A stretch of DNA of 64,000 nucleotides, taken from an uncultured Gemmatimonadales bacterium (lineage in GTDB: Bacteria > Gemmatimonadota > Gemmatimonadetes > Gemmatimonadales > GWC2-71-9). A program made the translations under genes and the position numbers. The DNA is taken from positions 640,001 to 704,000 of the forward strand of contig CAVYSW010000010.1 of the NCBI GenBank assembly GCA_963771275.1. The letters run 5' to 3'. This document shows positions 29,056-38,335 of the stretch, in pieces; position 1 is the first letter of the stretch, and the number at the start of each line of letters is the position of its first letter. Under the pieces are notes generated by a model. It saw only the letters and a program-made list of their open reading frames with translations. It did not search any database and was not told the origin of the DNA.

Positions 29056-30447
29056 ATGTGTGGCATCTTCGGCGTTGCGGGCATTCCCGAGGCGGCGCAG
29101 CTGGTGTACCTCGGCCTCTACGCGCTGCAGCACCGCGGTCAGGAGTCGGCGGGGATCATATCGATCGAGCCGGACGGCGTGACCCACGCCCACCGCGGGA
29201 TGGGTCTCGTCAACGAAGTGTTCCCGCCGGCCGCGCTCGCGCAGCTCCACGGTGACGTCGCGATCGGGCATACCCGGTATTCCACGACGGGCAGCTCCGT
29301 GCTCGCCAACGCCCAGCCGAAGCTCGTCAACTATCACGGCGGCCCGCTGTCGCTCGCCCACAACGGCAACCTCATCAACGCCCAGGAAATCCGCGCGGAC
29401 CTCGTTCGCCAGGGTTCGATCTTCCAGTCGTCGTCCGATTCCGAGGTCCTCGTCCATCTCATCGCGCGATCCGACGCCCGACGCCCCGAGGATCAGATTC
29501 GGGACGCGCTTGATCGGGTGGAGGGGGCCTACACCCTGCTCCTCACGATCGGCCGGACCGTCTACGGCATCGTCGATCCGCGCGGGTTCCGGCCCCTGTC
29601 GGTCGGCCGGCTGGGAACCGGGTGGGTGCTCGCCTCGGAGACCTGCGCGCTCGACATCGTGGGCGCGCGCAAGGTCCGGGAGCTCGAGCCGGGCGAGTGG
29701 CTCAAGATCGAGCACGGCCGCTTGATCGACCTGCCGTCCCTCCCGGCGGCCACACCACGGCGCTGCATTTTCGAGCTGGTCTATTTCTCCCGGCCCGACA
29801 GCACGGTCTTCGGACATTCCGTCGACCGTGTCCGGCGGGCACTGGGGCACGCGCTCGGCCGCGAACATCCGGCCCCCGGAGCCGACTGCGTCTTCTCGGT
29901 CCCCGATTCGTCCAACGCCATGGCGCTGGGATTCGCCGAAGAGACCGGGGTCAAGCTGGAGCACGGGCTGATTCGCAACCACTATGTCGGCCGCACCTTC
30001 ATCAACCCGAGTCAGGCGGCGCGGACCGCGAAGGTGCGCATCAAGTTCAACCCGGTGCAGGACGTGATCGCCGGGAAGAGCGTGGTGGTGGTGGACGATT
30101 CCCTGGTGCGCGGCACCACCTCGCGAGAGCTCGTCCAGATGTTGCGGCAGGCTGGCGCCCGTGAAGTCCATTTCCGACTGGCGTCGCCGCCCATCACCGG
30201 CCCCTGCTACTATGGGATCGACACGCCGAATCGCAGTGAGCTCATCGCCTCGGACCACACGATCGACGAGATTCGTGCCCACCTCGGGGTGGACACGCTC
30301 GGCTACCTCTCCCTCGAGGGGATGCTCGGGGCCGTCGGCGCCGAAGACCGGTACTGCCACGCCTGCTTCTCGGGGCAATACCCCACACCCATCCCGGAAC
30401 ATCCGGACACACGCGACCGCGAGCCACTGCCTCTCGCCGCGGACTGA
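29056..30447 (+). CDS. purF: amidophosphoribosyltransferase
   Basis: N-terminal MCGIFG, LQHRGQESAG, GHTRYST, AHNGN, VDDSLVRGTT, YGIDTP, Fe-S cysteines. Confidence 0.98.
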   Translation: MCGIFGVAGIPEAAQLVYLGLYALQHRGQESAGIISIEPDGVTHAHRGMGLVNEVFPPAALAQLHGDVAIGHTRYSTTGSSVLANAQPKLVNYHGGPLSLAHNGNLINAQEIRADLVRQGSIFQSSSDSEVLVHLIARSDARRPEDQIRDALDRVEGAYTLLLTIGRTVYGIVDPRGFRPLSVGRLGTGWVLASETCALDIVGARKVRELEPGEWLKIEHGRLIDLPSLPAATPRRCIFELVYFSRPDSTVFGHSVDRVRRALGHALGREHPAPGADCVFSVPDSSNAMALGFAEETGVKLEHGLIRNHYVGRTFINPSQAARTAKVRIKFNPVQDVIAGKSVVVVDDSLVRGTTSRELVQMLRQAGAREVHFRLASPPITGPCYYGIDTPNRSELIASDHTIDEIRAHLGVDTLGYLSLEGMLGAVGAEDRYCHACFSGQYPTPIPEHPDTRDREPLPLAAD

Positions 30448-30451
30448 CTCA

Positions 30452-33100
30452 ATGACTCAACACGTGTATTTCTTCGGCGATGGCGCTGCAGAAGGCGGCG
30501 CCACCATGAAGCCGCTGCTCGGCAGCAAGGGCGCCAACCTGGCCGAAATGGCCAACATCGGCATCCCGGTCCCGCCGGGCTTCACCATCTCCACACACGT
30601 GTGCCTGCAATACCTGACTGGGCGCGCCCTCCCGCCCGAGGTGAGTGATCAGATCCGCGCGGCGATGGGCCGGCTCGAGCGGGCGACCGGGCGGACGTTC
30701 GGCGGTGCGCGGAGCCCGTTGCTCGTGTCGGTGCGCTCCGGTGGCGCCGTGTCCATGCCGGGCATGATGGACACGATCCTCAACCTCGGTCTCAACGACG
30801 CCACCGTGCAGGCGCTCGCGCAGGAGTCTGGCAACCCCAGTTTCGCCTACGACTCGTTCCGTCGACTCATCCAGATGTACGGCGACGTGGTCTGCGCGCT
30901 CAAGGCGCAGCCGGGGGAGGAGGACCCGTTCGAGGCGGGGATCGAGGCCGCCAAGGCGGCACGCGGGGCCACGCGCGAGATCGACCTGCCACCCGACGAC
31001 CTTCGGGCGCTGGTCGTCCGCTTCAAGGGAATGGTGGCGCGGAGCGCGGGCCAACCGTTCCCCGAGGATCCCTGGGATCAGCTGTGGGGCGCGATCGAGG
31101 CGGTGTTCCGAAGCTGGAACAACCGCCGGGCCGTCGAGTACCGGCGCGTGCACCGGATCCCCGACGACATGGGCACAGCGGTGAACATCGTGGCGATGGT
31201 GTACGGGAACATGGGGGAGGATTGCGGCACCGGAGTCGCGTTCACGCGGAACCCGTCGACCGGCGAGCCGCAGCTCTATGGCGAGTTCCTGATCAACGCC
31301 CAGGGCGAGGATGTCGTGGCGGGGACCCGCGACCCACAACCCCTGGGCGAGATGGCGGGCTGGCTTCCCCGCTCTTACGAGCAGTTGCTCGACACGGCGG
31401 GCCGCCTGGAGCGGCATTACCGGGAGATGCAGGACCTCGAGTTCACCATCGAGCGCGGCAGGCTCTACCTCCTGCAGACGCGGACGGGGAAGCGCACCGG
31501 GACGGCGGCCGTGCGGGCCGCGGTGGACATGGTCCGGGAAGGGCTGATCACCCGCGCGGAGGCACTCCGCCGGGTGGATCCGGATCAGCTGAACCAACTG
31601 CTGCACCCCACCGTCGATCCCGACCAGCCGCTGGCGGAGATCGCGCAAGGCCTGCCCGCCTCCCCGGGCGCCGCCGTCGGCATGGTGGTGTTCGACGCCG
31701 AGACGGCCGTGGAGCGCGCGGGCCGGGGCGACCCCGTCATCCTGGTGCGCCGCGAAACCAGCCCCGACGACTTCCATGGCATGGCCGTCGCTCGGGCGAT
31801 TCTCACGGCACGCGGCGGCATGACCAGCCACGCGGCCGTGGTGGCACGCGGCATGGGAAAGTCGTGCGTGGCCGGCGCCAAGGAAATCGAGGTTGACGAG
31901 GGGCGTCGCCTGTTCCGCTCGCGCGGGCACGAGGTGCACGAGGGCGACTGGATCACGCTGGATGGCTCGTCCGGCGGAGTCATCCTGGGGAAGGCGGCGC
32001 TCGTCGCGCCCACGCCAGGCGAGCATTTCGCCGAGCTGATGGCATGGGCCGATGAGACGCGGCTGCTGCGGGTCCGCACCAACGCGGATACGCCGAAGGA
32101 CTCCGAGCGCGCGCGCGCGTTCGGCGCCGAAGGGATCGGGCTCTGCCGTACCGAGCACATGTTCTTCGAGGGTGACCGCATCCAGGCGATGCGCGAGATG
32201 ATCCTCGCCACGGATCAGGAGGGGCGGCGGCGCGCGCTGCTCAAGCTGCTCCCCATGCAACGGCAGGATTTCGTGGAGATCTTCCGGGTGATGAGCGGCT
32301 TCCCGGTGACGATCCGGCTGCTCGACCCCCCGCTCCACGAGTTTCTGCCGCGCGAGCCCGACGAGGTCGCGGCGCTCGCGGCGGCGATCGGCGTGACGAT
32401 GGAGCACATCCAGCACGCGATCGACCAGCTGACCGAGGTCAACCCGATGCTCGGACATCGCGGCTGTCGCCTGGGCCTCACCTTCCCGGAGATCACGGAG
32501 ATGCAGGCCCAGGCCATCTTCGAGGCCGCGTGTCAGGCGGCCACGGAAGGGGTGGAGGTGATTCCCGAGGTCATGGTCCCGCTGGTGGCGGACGTCGAGG
32601 AGCTGCGACGCCAGACGGAACTGGTCCGCCAGGTCGCGGAACGGGTGTTCGGGGAGCGCAAACGGCGGGTGGACTACCTCCTCGGGACGATGATCGAGCT
32701 GCCGCGGGCGGCGCTCACGGCCGACCGGATCGCGCACGCCGCCGACTTCTTCTCGTTCGGGACGAACGACCTCACGCAGACGACCTTTGGACTGTCGCGG
32801 GACGACGCCGGCCGGTTCCTGCCGTTCTATGTCGAGAACGGGATCCTCGCCGACGATCCATTCCAGACGCTCGACCAGGAAGGAGTCGGCAAGCTCATCC
32901 TCATGGGCGTCCAGCTCGGTCGCGAGACGAACCCCAAGCTGAAGGTCGGGATCTGCGGCGAGCACGGTGGCGACCCGCGCTCCGTGAAGTTCTGTCACCG
33001 GGCGGGCTTCAACTACGTCTCATGCTCTCCGTTCCGAGTTCCGGTAGCGCGGCTGGCCGCGGCCCAGGCCGCCCTGGAATCACAGGCCGGTCCCGGTTAG
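30452..33100 (+). CDS. ppdK: pyruvate, phosphate dikinase
   Basis: LGSKGANLAEM, SVRSG, SMPGMMDT, RGGMTSHAAVVAR, GIGLCRTEHMF, GICGEHGG. Start ATG 30452. Confidence 0.98.
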   Translation: MTQHVYFFGDGAAEGGATMKPLLGSKGANLAEMANIGIPVPPGFTISTHVCLQYLTGRALPPEVSDQIRAAMGRLERATGRTFGGARSPLLVSVRSGGAVSMPGMMDTILNLGLNDATVQALAQESGNPSFAYDSFRRLIQMYGDVVCALKAQPGEEDPFEAGIEAAKAARGATREIDLPPDDLRALVVRFKGMVARSAGQPFPEDPWDQLWGAIEAVFRSWNNRRAVEYRRVHRIPDDMGTAVNIVAMVYGNMGEDCGTGVAFTRNPSTGEPQLYGEFLINAQGEDVVAGTRDPQPLGEMAGWLPRSYEQLLDTAGRLERHYREMQDLEFTIERGRLYLLQTRTGKRTGTAAVRAAVDMVREGLITRAEALRRVDPDQLNQLLHPTVDPDQPLAEIAQGLPASPGAAVGMVVFDAETAVERAGRGDPVILVRRETSPDDFHGMAVARAILTARGGMTSHAAVVARGMGKSCVAGAKEIEVDEGRRLFRSRGHEVHEGDWITLDGSSGGVILGKAALVAPTPGEHFAELMAWADETRLLRVRTNADTPKDSERARAFGAEGIGLCRTEHMFFEGDRIQAMREMILATDQEGRRRALLKLLPMQRQDFVEIFRVMSGFPVTIRLLDPPLHEFLPREPDEVAALAAAIGVTMEHIQHAIDQLTEVNPMLGHRGCRLGLTFPEITEMQAQAIFEAACQAATEGVEVIPEVMVPLVADVEELRRQTELVRQVAERVFGERKRRVDYLLGTMIELPRAALTADRIAHAADFFSFGTNDLTQTTFGLSRDDAGRFLPFYVENGILADDPFQTLDQEGVGKLILMGVQLGRETNPKLKVGICGEHGGDPRSVKFCHRAGFNYVSCSPFRVPVARLAAAQAALESQAGPG

Positions 33101-33115
33101 GGCTCCCCCTCAACC

Positions 33116-33147
33116 AACGGCCCGCCCGGCTCCAGGCGCCGGGCCGT
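33116..33147. terminator. hairpin between convergent ppdK and Nudix genes
   Basis: ACGGCCCG(33117-33124) pairs with CGGGCCGT(33140-33147). Confidence 0.5.
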
Positions 33148-33713
33148 CACCAGTTCGGCTGTAGCGATACGCGGAGCGCCCGGTCAACCGCTCGCCGCAG
33201 CGGCTCGTCCGTTCCCGCAGCCTCCAGCTCGTCGATCGCCTGCCACACGACCTGGGACACCTCCGTCGATGGGCGCGGGGTGTCGAGCGGGCCGGCAAAC
33301 CGGTACACGAGGTCATGATGCAGGTGAGGCGGCTCGCCGCGAGCGGGCGGAATCTCGTGAATGTCGATACTCACGAGGAGCGGCGGAACCGCAGGGTCCG
33401 GGGTGACGCCGGTTTCCTCGATCACTTCACGACGCGCCGCCCCGGCCGCGGTGTCGTCGCTCGGATCGAGGTGGCCGCCGGGCTGCAACCAACGCCCGAG
33501 GCGTCGGTGGAATACCAGCAGCAGCGCCGTTCCGCCCGGCCCAAGCACGATGCCGCTTGCCGTGACGTGACCGGGATCGTACGAGGTGCGGTCGAGGGGA
33601 TGTGGATGCCCGTGCAGCAGGGCAAGGGTCCGCTCGCGGCTCTCGGCCACCTGTGCGTTCCCCGCCGGGTCCAACGCTGCCACCGCGGCGGCGATTCCAG
33701 CTGCGTCGATCAC
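33147..33713 (-). CDS. Nudix hydrolase
   Basis: GHVTAS, HRRLGRWLQPGGH, Nudix box ARREVIEETG, HLHHD. Start uncertain (GTG 33713 or TTG 33788). Confidence 0.88.
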   Translation of the reverse strand: MIDAAGIAAAVAALDPAGNAQVAESRERTLALLHGHPHPLDRTSYDPGHVTASGIVLGPGGTALLLVFHRRLGRWLQPGGHLDPSDDTAAGAARREVIEETGVTPDPAVPPLLVSIDIHEIPPARGEPPHLHHDLVYRFAGPLDTPRPSTEVSQVVWQAIDELEAAGTDEPLRRAVDRALRVSLQPNW

Positions 33714-33819
33714 GCTAAGCGCTCCCCCGGGCCAGCCCCGGCTCCATTCCTCGACGGGCAATTGACCGGAGCCGTCGCCGAACGGCAAGGGTGGCCTGGC
33801 CTGGCCGAGCGGACGGCCG

Positions 33820-34908
33820 ATGCCTGATATCGTCTGGCTGCTCGGCCTTCCTTACGGCATCATCTGCGCGACACTGGCGGCCAACCTGTGGTACCTCACC
33901 CGCCGACGGGCGGACGCTCCAGCGCGGACGGATCTTCGGCTGTCACTGATGATCCCGGCGCGGAATGAGGAAACGAACCTGAGACGCCTGTTGCCCTCAC
34001 TGCTGCGGCAGCGCCAGGTCGAACTCGAGATCATCGTCTACGACGATGCCTCGACGGACGGAACCGCCGCCGTGGCCGCTGGCGCCGGCGACGCGCGAGT
34101 GCGGACGATCGGAGGGGCCGGGCCACCCCCGGGATGGGTTGGCAAGGTCCACGCGCTCTATCAGGCGGCGCGCGTTGCGACCGGGAACGTCTTCCTTTTC
34201 CTCGACGCCGATACCGTGCTGAAGCACGAGGATGCGCTGGCCAGCTTCCTCCACCGATTCGCGGCGCTCCCGCCGCACTCCGTGCTGACCGCCGTCCCGC
34301 ACTTCCGCGGCGGGGGAGCCCTGCTCGTGAGCGGCATACCCCACGGGTTCCTGACGAGCTTGCCGCTCCCCCTCGTCCCACTGCTGCGCAGCAGGTACGT
34401 GGCCGCGCTGAACGGCCAGTGCTGGATGATCAGCCGCGAGGACTACGTCGCGCATGAGCCGCACCTGCACAATCGGCACGAGGTGCTCGAGGACATCCGC
34501 ATCGGCCGCTACCTGTGTGGCCGTGGGGTCATTCCGCGCTTTGAGGACGTGCAGGATGACCTGGAAGTGTGGATGTACGATGGATTCCGGACCGCCTGGC
34601 GTGGCTTCCGGAAGAACGCGTTCCTCCTGACCGGCGACTCCCGCCTCGGGTTCGCGGCGTATTTTGTGGCCTTCGTGGGGGTGTACTTGCTGGCACCGCT
34701 GGCGTCTCTCTGGTTCCCCGTCATCGCCATCACGACCAAGCTCGTGTCCGACCGCTACGCGCGGTATCCCCTGTGGGTCTCGTTCCTCGCGCCGGCGACC
34801 TTTGTCTGCTGGGCCGCCCTCTTCGTCGACTCGGCGCTCAGCCACCTGGCAGGAACGGTGACGTGGAAAGGCCGCGCGGTCGACAGGAGGAGCCTCCGAC
34901 GGCACTGA
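33820..34908 (+). CDS. family 2 glycosyltransferase, CrtQ/CruC (carotenoid glycosyltransferase)-like
   Basis: IPARNEE, DDASTDGT, PPGWVGK, FLDAD, NGQC, LEDI, KN, C-terminal TM helices and WKGR. Confidence 0.8.
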   Translation: MPDIVWLLGLPYGIICATLAANLWYLTRRRADAPARTDLRLSLMIPARNEETNLRRLLPSLLRQRQVELEIIVYDDASTDGTAAVAAGAGDARVRTIGGAGPPPGWVGKVHALYQAARVATGNVFLFLDADTVLKHEDALASFLHRFAALPPHSVLTAVPHFRGGGALLVSGIPHGFLTSLPLPLVPLLRSRYVAALNGQCWMISREDYVAHEPHLHNRHEVLEDIRIGRYLCGRGVIPRFEDVQDDLEVWMYDGFRTAWRGFRKNAFLLTGDSRLGFAAYFVAFVGVYLLAPLASLWFPVIAITTKLVSDRYARYPLWVSFLAPATFVCWAALFVDSALSHLAGTVTWKGRAVDRRSLRRH

Positions 34909-35009
34909 GCGACGCCGAGTCTGCACCGAACAATCACCGCACCGTTTTCCACATGACTCCCACAGCAGCCCCGTTGCCGCTCTGTCGGGATCGTCCGACA
35001 TGCCATGAT

Positions 35010-35095
35010 GGTGATCGTGATAACGTGCTATATAATTGTTACTTAAGCGCTTATGCAGTAGCTAGTGATGTTATGCTTGATGTGCATAGCAGGTT
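35010..35095 (+). promoter_or_regulatory. AT-rich promoter/operator island
   Basis: Sharp drop in GC, perfect TATAAT at 35031-35036, perfect palindrome TAAGCGCTTA at 35044-35053. Confidence 0.55.
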
Positions 35096-35137
35096 TCGAC
35101 AATCCACCCCTCTTGCTCCGAGCCGCAGCAAACCGCA

Positions 35138-35552
35138 TGTGTCCCGCGACCGCAGCCCGGGCTCCGCCGTACGGCCTCGACGGCGAGACGCCGTGGTCGA
35201 TTAGGAGGTCTGCCAGCCCCCCGCGGCCGAGCGATGCATCAAGGTCGGCGGCCGGCCACCGCTCCAGGACAGCCTGCGGTGGTGTGATCGGCGTCGGAGC
35301 CCGAGCCGGCTGGGATGAGGGGCTGCCGTCAGGCAGGAGGGAAGCTCGCGCTGCAGGGAACCCAGTACAGGACGTAGTCCCGATCCGGCCTCATGGGCTG
35401 GTCGTTACCACGTCGGAGCCGTGAATCGGGGACGGATGTCGGCGAACTCACGGATGCCCTGTTCCTGGGTGTTCCGAGCCCTAAGATTCTCGGGAGCGAG
35501 ACTTGCCGCGAAGCCCGGCGAGCGTGGAAAATACCCAGATGGGGGGACGACA
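35138..35552 (+). ncRNA. candidate large structured non-coding RNA, family unassigned
   Basis: No convincing ORF in a 670-bp gap; several nested helices (listed in findings); closing stem GTCCC/GGGAC. Strand inferred only from the upstream TATAAT. Confidence 0.45.
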
Positions 35553-35580
35553 ATATCCGCATGATCCAGGCAGCGCTTGA

Positions 35581-36300
35581 ATGCCCGACCTGACAGTTCG
35601 TCGCGCGCACTCGGTCGGGTGGTGGCGACGGGTTCTCCTCGGCGTCTGCCTGTTCGCGGCCGTCGCGCTCGCGGCCCGGGCTTGGATGCGGTGGCCGGAC
35701 GTTCGCCAGCTTGCTGCCGGGAACCCCGTCGGGTTCGCGGCGGGCGACGGCGGGGCCACGCCGGGGAGACCCATCTGGGTGGGGCTCCGGGATATTTCTC
35801 CGCACCTGATGCGCGCCGTGGTGGTCGCGGAGGACATCGAGTTCTTCTCGCACCACGGCTTCTCCTGGTCGGAGATCCGCTCGGCGTTCGCCGAGGCGAG
35901 CGCTGGCGGACGGCCGCGGGGGGCCTCGACCATCACCCAGCAGCTGGCGAAGAACCTGTGGTTGTCGCCCGACCGGTCGCTCTGGCGCAAGATCCGGGAA
36001 GCGGCCCTGACGATCGACTTGGAGCGATCCCTCGCCAAGCGGCGCATTCTGGAGCTCTATCTCAACGTCGTGCCGTTCGGGCCCGGCGTCATCGGCGCCG
36101 AGGCGGCGGCACGGGTGTACTTCGGGAAGGCGCCGCTGTTCCTTACGGAGCGTGAGGCCGCGATGCTCGCCGCCGGTCTGTCGCGGCCCTCCCTGTGGAA
36201 CCCAACGACCACGAGCGACGCGTATCGGGCGCGCGTCGAGCTGATCCTCCGGCGGATGGCGAACGCCGAGTTCCTGTGGCGCCACATCGCGGCCCTGTGA
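35581..36300 (+). CDS. mtgA: monofunctional biosynthetic peptidoglycan transglycosylase
   Basis: AED..FFSHHGF, RGASTITQQLAKNL, RKIREA, KRRILELYLN. Confidence 0.92.
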   Translation: MPDLTVRRAHSVGWWRRVLLGVCLFAAVALAARAWMRWPDVRQLAAGNPVGFAAGDGGATPGRPIWVGLRDISPHLMRAVVVAEDIEFFSHHGFSWSEIRSAFAEASAGGRPRGASTITQQLAKNLWLSPDRSLWRKIREAALTIDLERSLAKRRILELYLNVVPFGPGVIGAEAAARVYFGKAPLFLTEREAAMLAAGLSRPSLWNPTTTSDAYRARVELILRRMANAEFLWRHIAAL

Positions 36301-36319
36301 CGACCGGAGGCGACGCGCC

Positions 36320-38335
36320 GTGAATCGCTCCTCGGCGGAGCTCCGGCTCCGGACGCTGCGGGCGGAAATCCGCCATCACGACTACCTGTATCACGTCAAG
36401 GATCGCCCCGAGATCTCGGACGAGGCGTACGACACCCTGTTCGGTGAGCTCAAGCGGCTGGAGCAGGCGTTTCCTGATCTGGTAACGCCGGACTCGCCCA
36501 CCCAGCGGGTCGGAAGTGGCGTGTTCGACCGATTCCCCACCGTGCGCCACCTTGCCCCGATGCTGAGCCTCGACTCGGACCGCGACGTGGAGGCGCTGCG
36601 GCGGTTCGACGAGCGGCTGCGCAAGGCACTCGGCGGCACTCCGCCGCGGTACGCGCTGGAGCCGAAGCTGGACGGTGCCTCCGTCGAGCTCGTCTACCAG
36701 GGGGGAGTTCTGGTGCGGGCCGCGACCCGGGGGGACGGGGTGAACGGCGAGGGCATCACGGACAACATCCGGACGATCGCGGCGGTGCCGCTGCGCCTGC
36801 GGCCTGCCGGCCCGGCGGTGGAGTCCGTCGCCCTCCGGGGCGAAGTCATCATGCGCCTGAGCGCGTTCGAGCAGCTGAACGAGCGATTGATGGCCCAGGG
36901 ACAGGAGCCGTTCGCCAACCCGCGCAACGCGGCGGCGGGCACGCTGCGCCAGCTCGATCCGACGGTCACGGCGCAGCGCCCGCTGGACATCTACCTCTAC
37001 GACGTGTTGGACATTCGCGGGGCGGGGTTCGCAACGCACCGCGAAGCCCTCCGCGCCATACGAGCCTGGGGCTTTCCGGTGTCCGACCTGATCGCCGAGG
37101 GGCAGACGGTCGATGACATCCTCGCCTATCACGGGGATCTCCTCACGCGGCGCGACGATCTGGACTTCGAGATCGACGGTGTGGTCGTCAAGCTCGACGA
37201 TCTCGCCGCGCGCACCCAGGTCGGCATGACGGCACGCCATCCGCGCTGGGCCTACGCCTTCAAGTTCCCGCCGCGCAAGGAAGTCACCCGCATCATCAAG
37301 ATCGTGGCGAGCGTGGGGCGGACGGGCGTGGTGACCCCGATCGCGATCATGCGTCCGGTGGAGATCGGCGGGGTCACGGTGAGCCGTGCCACGCTGCACA
37401 ACCGCGAGGAGGTGTTCCGCAAGGACGTCCGCGAGGGCGATCTCGTTCGCATCCAGCGGGCGGGAGACGTGATCCCCCAGGTCATCGAGCGGGTCGAGGA
37501 GGCCGGGCGGCCGCGCGGCCCGGAGTTCGCGATGCCGCAGCAGTGCCCCTCATGCGGTACCGCGCTCACGCCGCGCGGCCCGTTCACCGTCTGCACGAAC
37601 ACCTTCCGCTGTCCGGCGCAGCTGGTGGGGCGCATCGTCCATTTCGCCTCCCGCGATGCGCTCGACATCGCGGGCCTGGGAGAGGAGACGGCGCGGCTGC
37701 TGGTCGATACCGGCCTGATCCGGCGACTCGACGAGCTGTTCGATCTGCGGGAGGAGCAACTCGTCGAGCTGGAGGGCTTCGCCGAGAAGTCGGCTGGGAA
37801 CCTCGTCGGTGCGATCCACGCGGGCGCGACCGTGGAGTTGTCGCGCTTCCTCTTCGGCCTCGGCATCCCCGAGGTGGGCATCGCGGTCGCGCGCGATCTG
37901 GCGGCCCACTTCGGCGCCCTGGCCGCGCTGCGGCGGGCGACCGAGCCCGAGCTGCAGGAGGTGGCGGGGGTCGGCCCGAAGATGGCTGGGCAGATCGCCG
38001 CGTTCTTCCGTGACGTGGAGAACGCCACAGCGCTCAAGCGTCTCCTCGCCAAGGTACGGGTGCGGGAGGGCACGGCGCGGGCCGCCGGCGGTCCGTTCGT
38101 CGGCGTCACGTTCGTGTTCACCGGGGCTCTGGACACCATGTCCCGGGCCGACGCCGAGGCCCTGATCGCGGCCCATGGGGGTCGGGCTGCCTCATCGGTC
38201 AGCAAGAAGACCGACTACCTCGTGGCCGGGAACGATGCCGGCTCGAAGCTCGCCAAGGCCCGGGACCTCGGGGTGGCCGTGCTGGACGAAGCGGCGTTCC
38301 TTGCCCTGCTGAGCCGTCACGGGCTCAGGGCGTGA
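36320..38335 (+). CDS. ligA: NAD-dependent DNA ligase
   Basis: PDSPTQRVG, EPKLDG, ATRGDG, NPRNAAAG, DGVVVK, GRTG, RAGDVIP, C4 zinc finger, BRCT. Confidence 0.98.
   Translation: MNRSSAELRLRTLRAEIRHHDYLYHVKDRPEISDEAYDTLFGELKRLEQAFPDLVTPDSPTQRVGSGVFDRFPTVRHLAPMLSLDSDRDVEALRRFDERLRKALGGTPPRYALEPKLDGASVELVYQGGVLVRAATRGDGVNGEGITDNIRTIAAVPLRLRPAGPAVESVALRGEVIMRLSAFEQLNERLMAQGQEPFANPRNAAAGTLRQLDPTVTAQRPLDIYLYDVLDIRGAGFATHREALRAIRAWGFPVSDLIAEGQTVDDILAYHGDLLTRRDDLDFEIDGVVVKLDDLAARTQVGMTARHPRWAYAFKFPPRKEVTRIIKIVASVGRTGVVTPIAIMRPVEIGGVTVSRATLHNREEVFRKDVREGDLVRIQRAGDVIPQVIERVEEAGRPRGPEFAMPQQCPSCGTALTPRGPFTVCTNTFRCPAQLVGRIVHFASRDALDIAGLGEETARLLVDTGLIRRLDELFDLREEQLVELEGFAEKSAGNLVGAIHAGATVELSRFLFGLGIPEVGIAVARDLAAHFGALAALRRATEPELQEVAGVGPKMAGQIAAFFRDVENATALKRLLAKVRVREGTARAAGGPFVGVTFVFTGALDTMSRADAEALIAAHGGRAASSVSKKTDYLVAGNDAGSKLAKARDLGVAVLDEAAFLALLSRHGLRA

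Noticed and set aside
35335..35360. GGAGGGAAGCTCGCGCTGCA resembles the RNase P RNA GAGGAAAGUCC motif
   Set aside because: The motif is degenerate, and the matching 3' P4 strand (ACAGAA.CCGGCUUA-like) is not present downstream.
35065..35424. 119-aa ORF in the non-coding gap (also 35329..36285 on the minus strand)
   Set aside because: No RBS, atypical composition and no motifs; the minus ORF is mostly the antisense of mtgA.
35461..35474. GTTC-N6-GTTC upstream of mtgA-ligA-polX as a LexA box
   Set aside because: Spacing is 10 bp rather than the 11 bp seen at lexA, the GGG extension is missing, and it lies in a predicted RNA helix.
35138..35552. Group II intron or MITE reading of the structured gap
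   Set aside because: No convincing domain V hairpin, no GUGYG start or RT ORF; the terminal inverted repeat is very short and there is no flanking target duplication.
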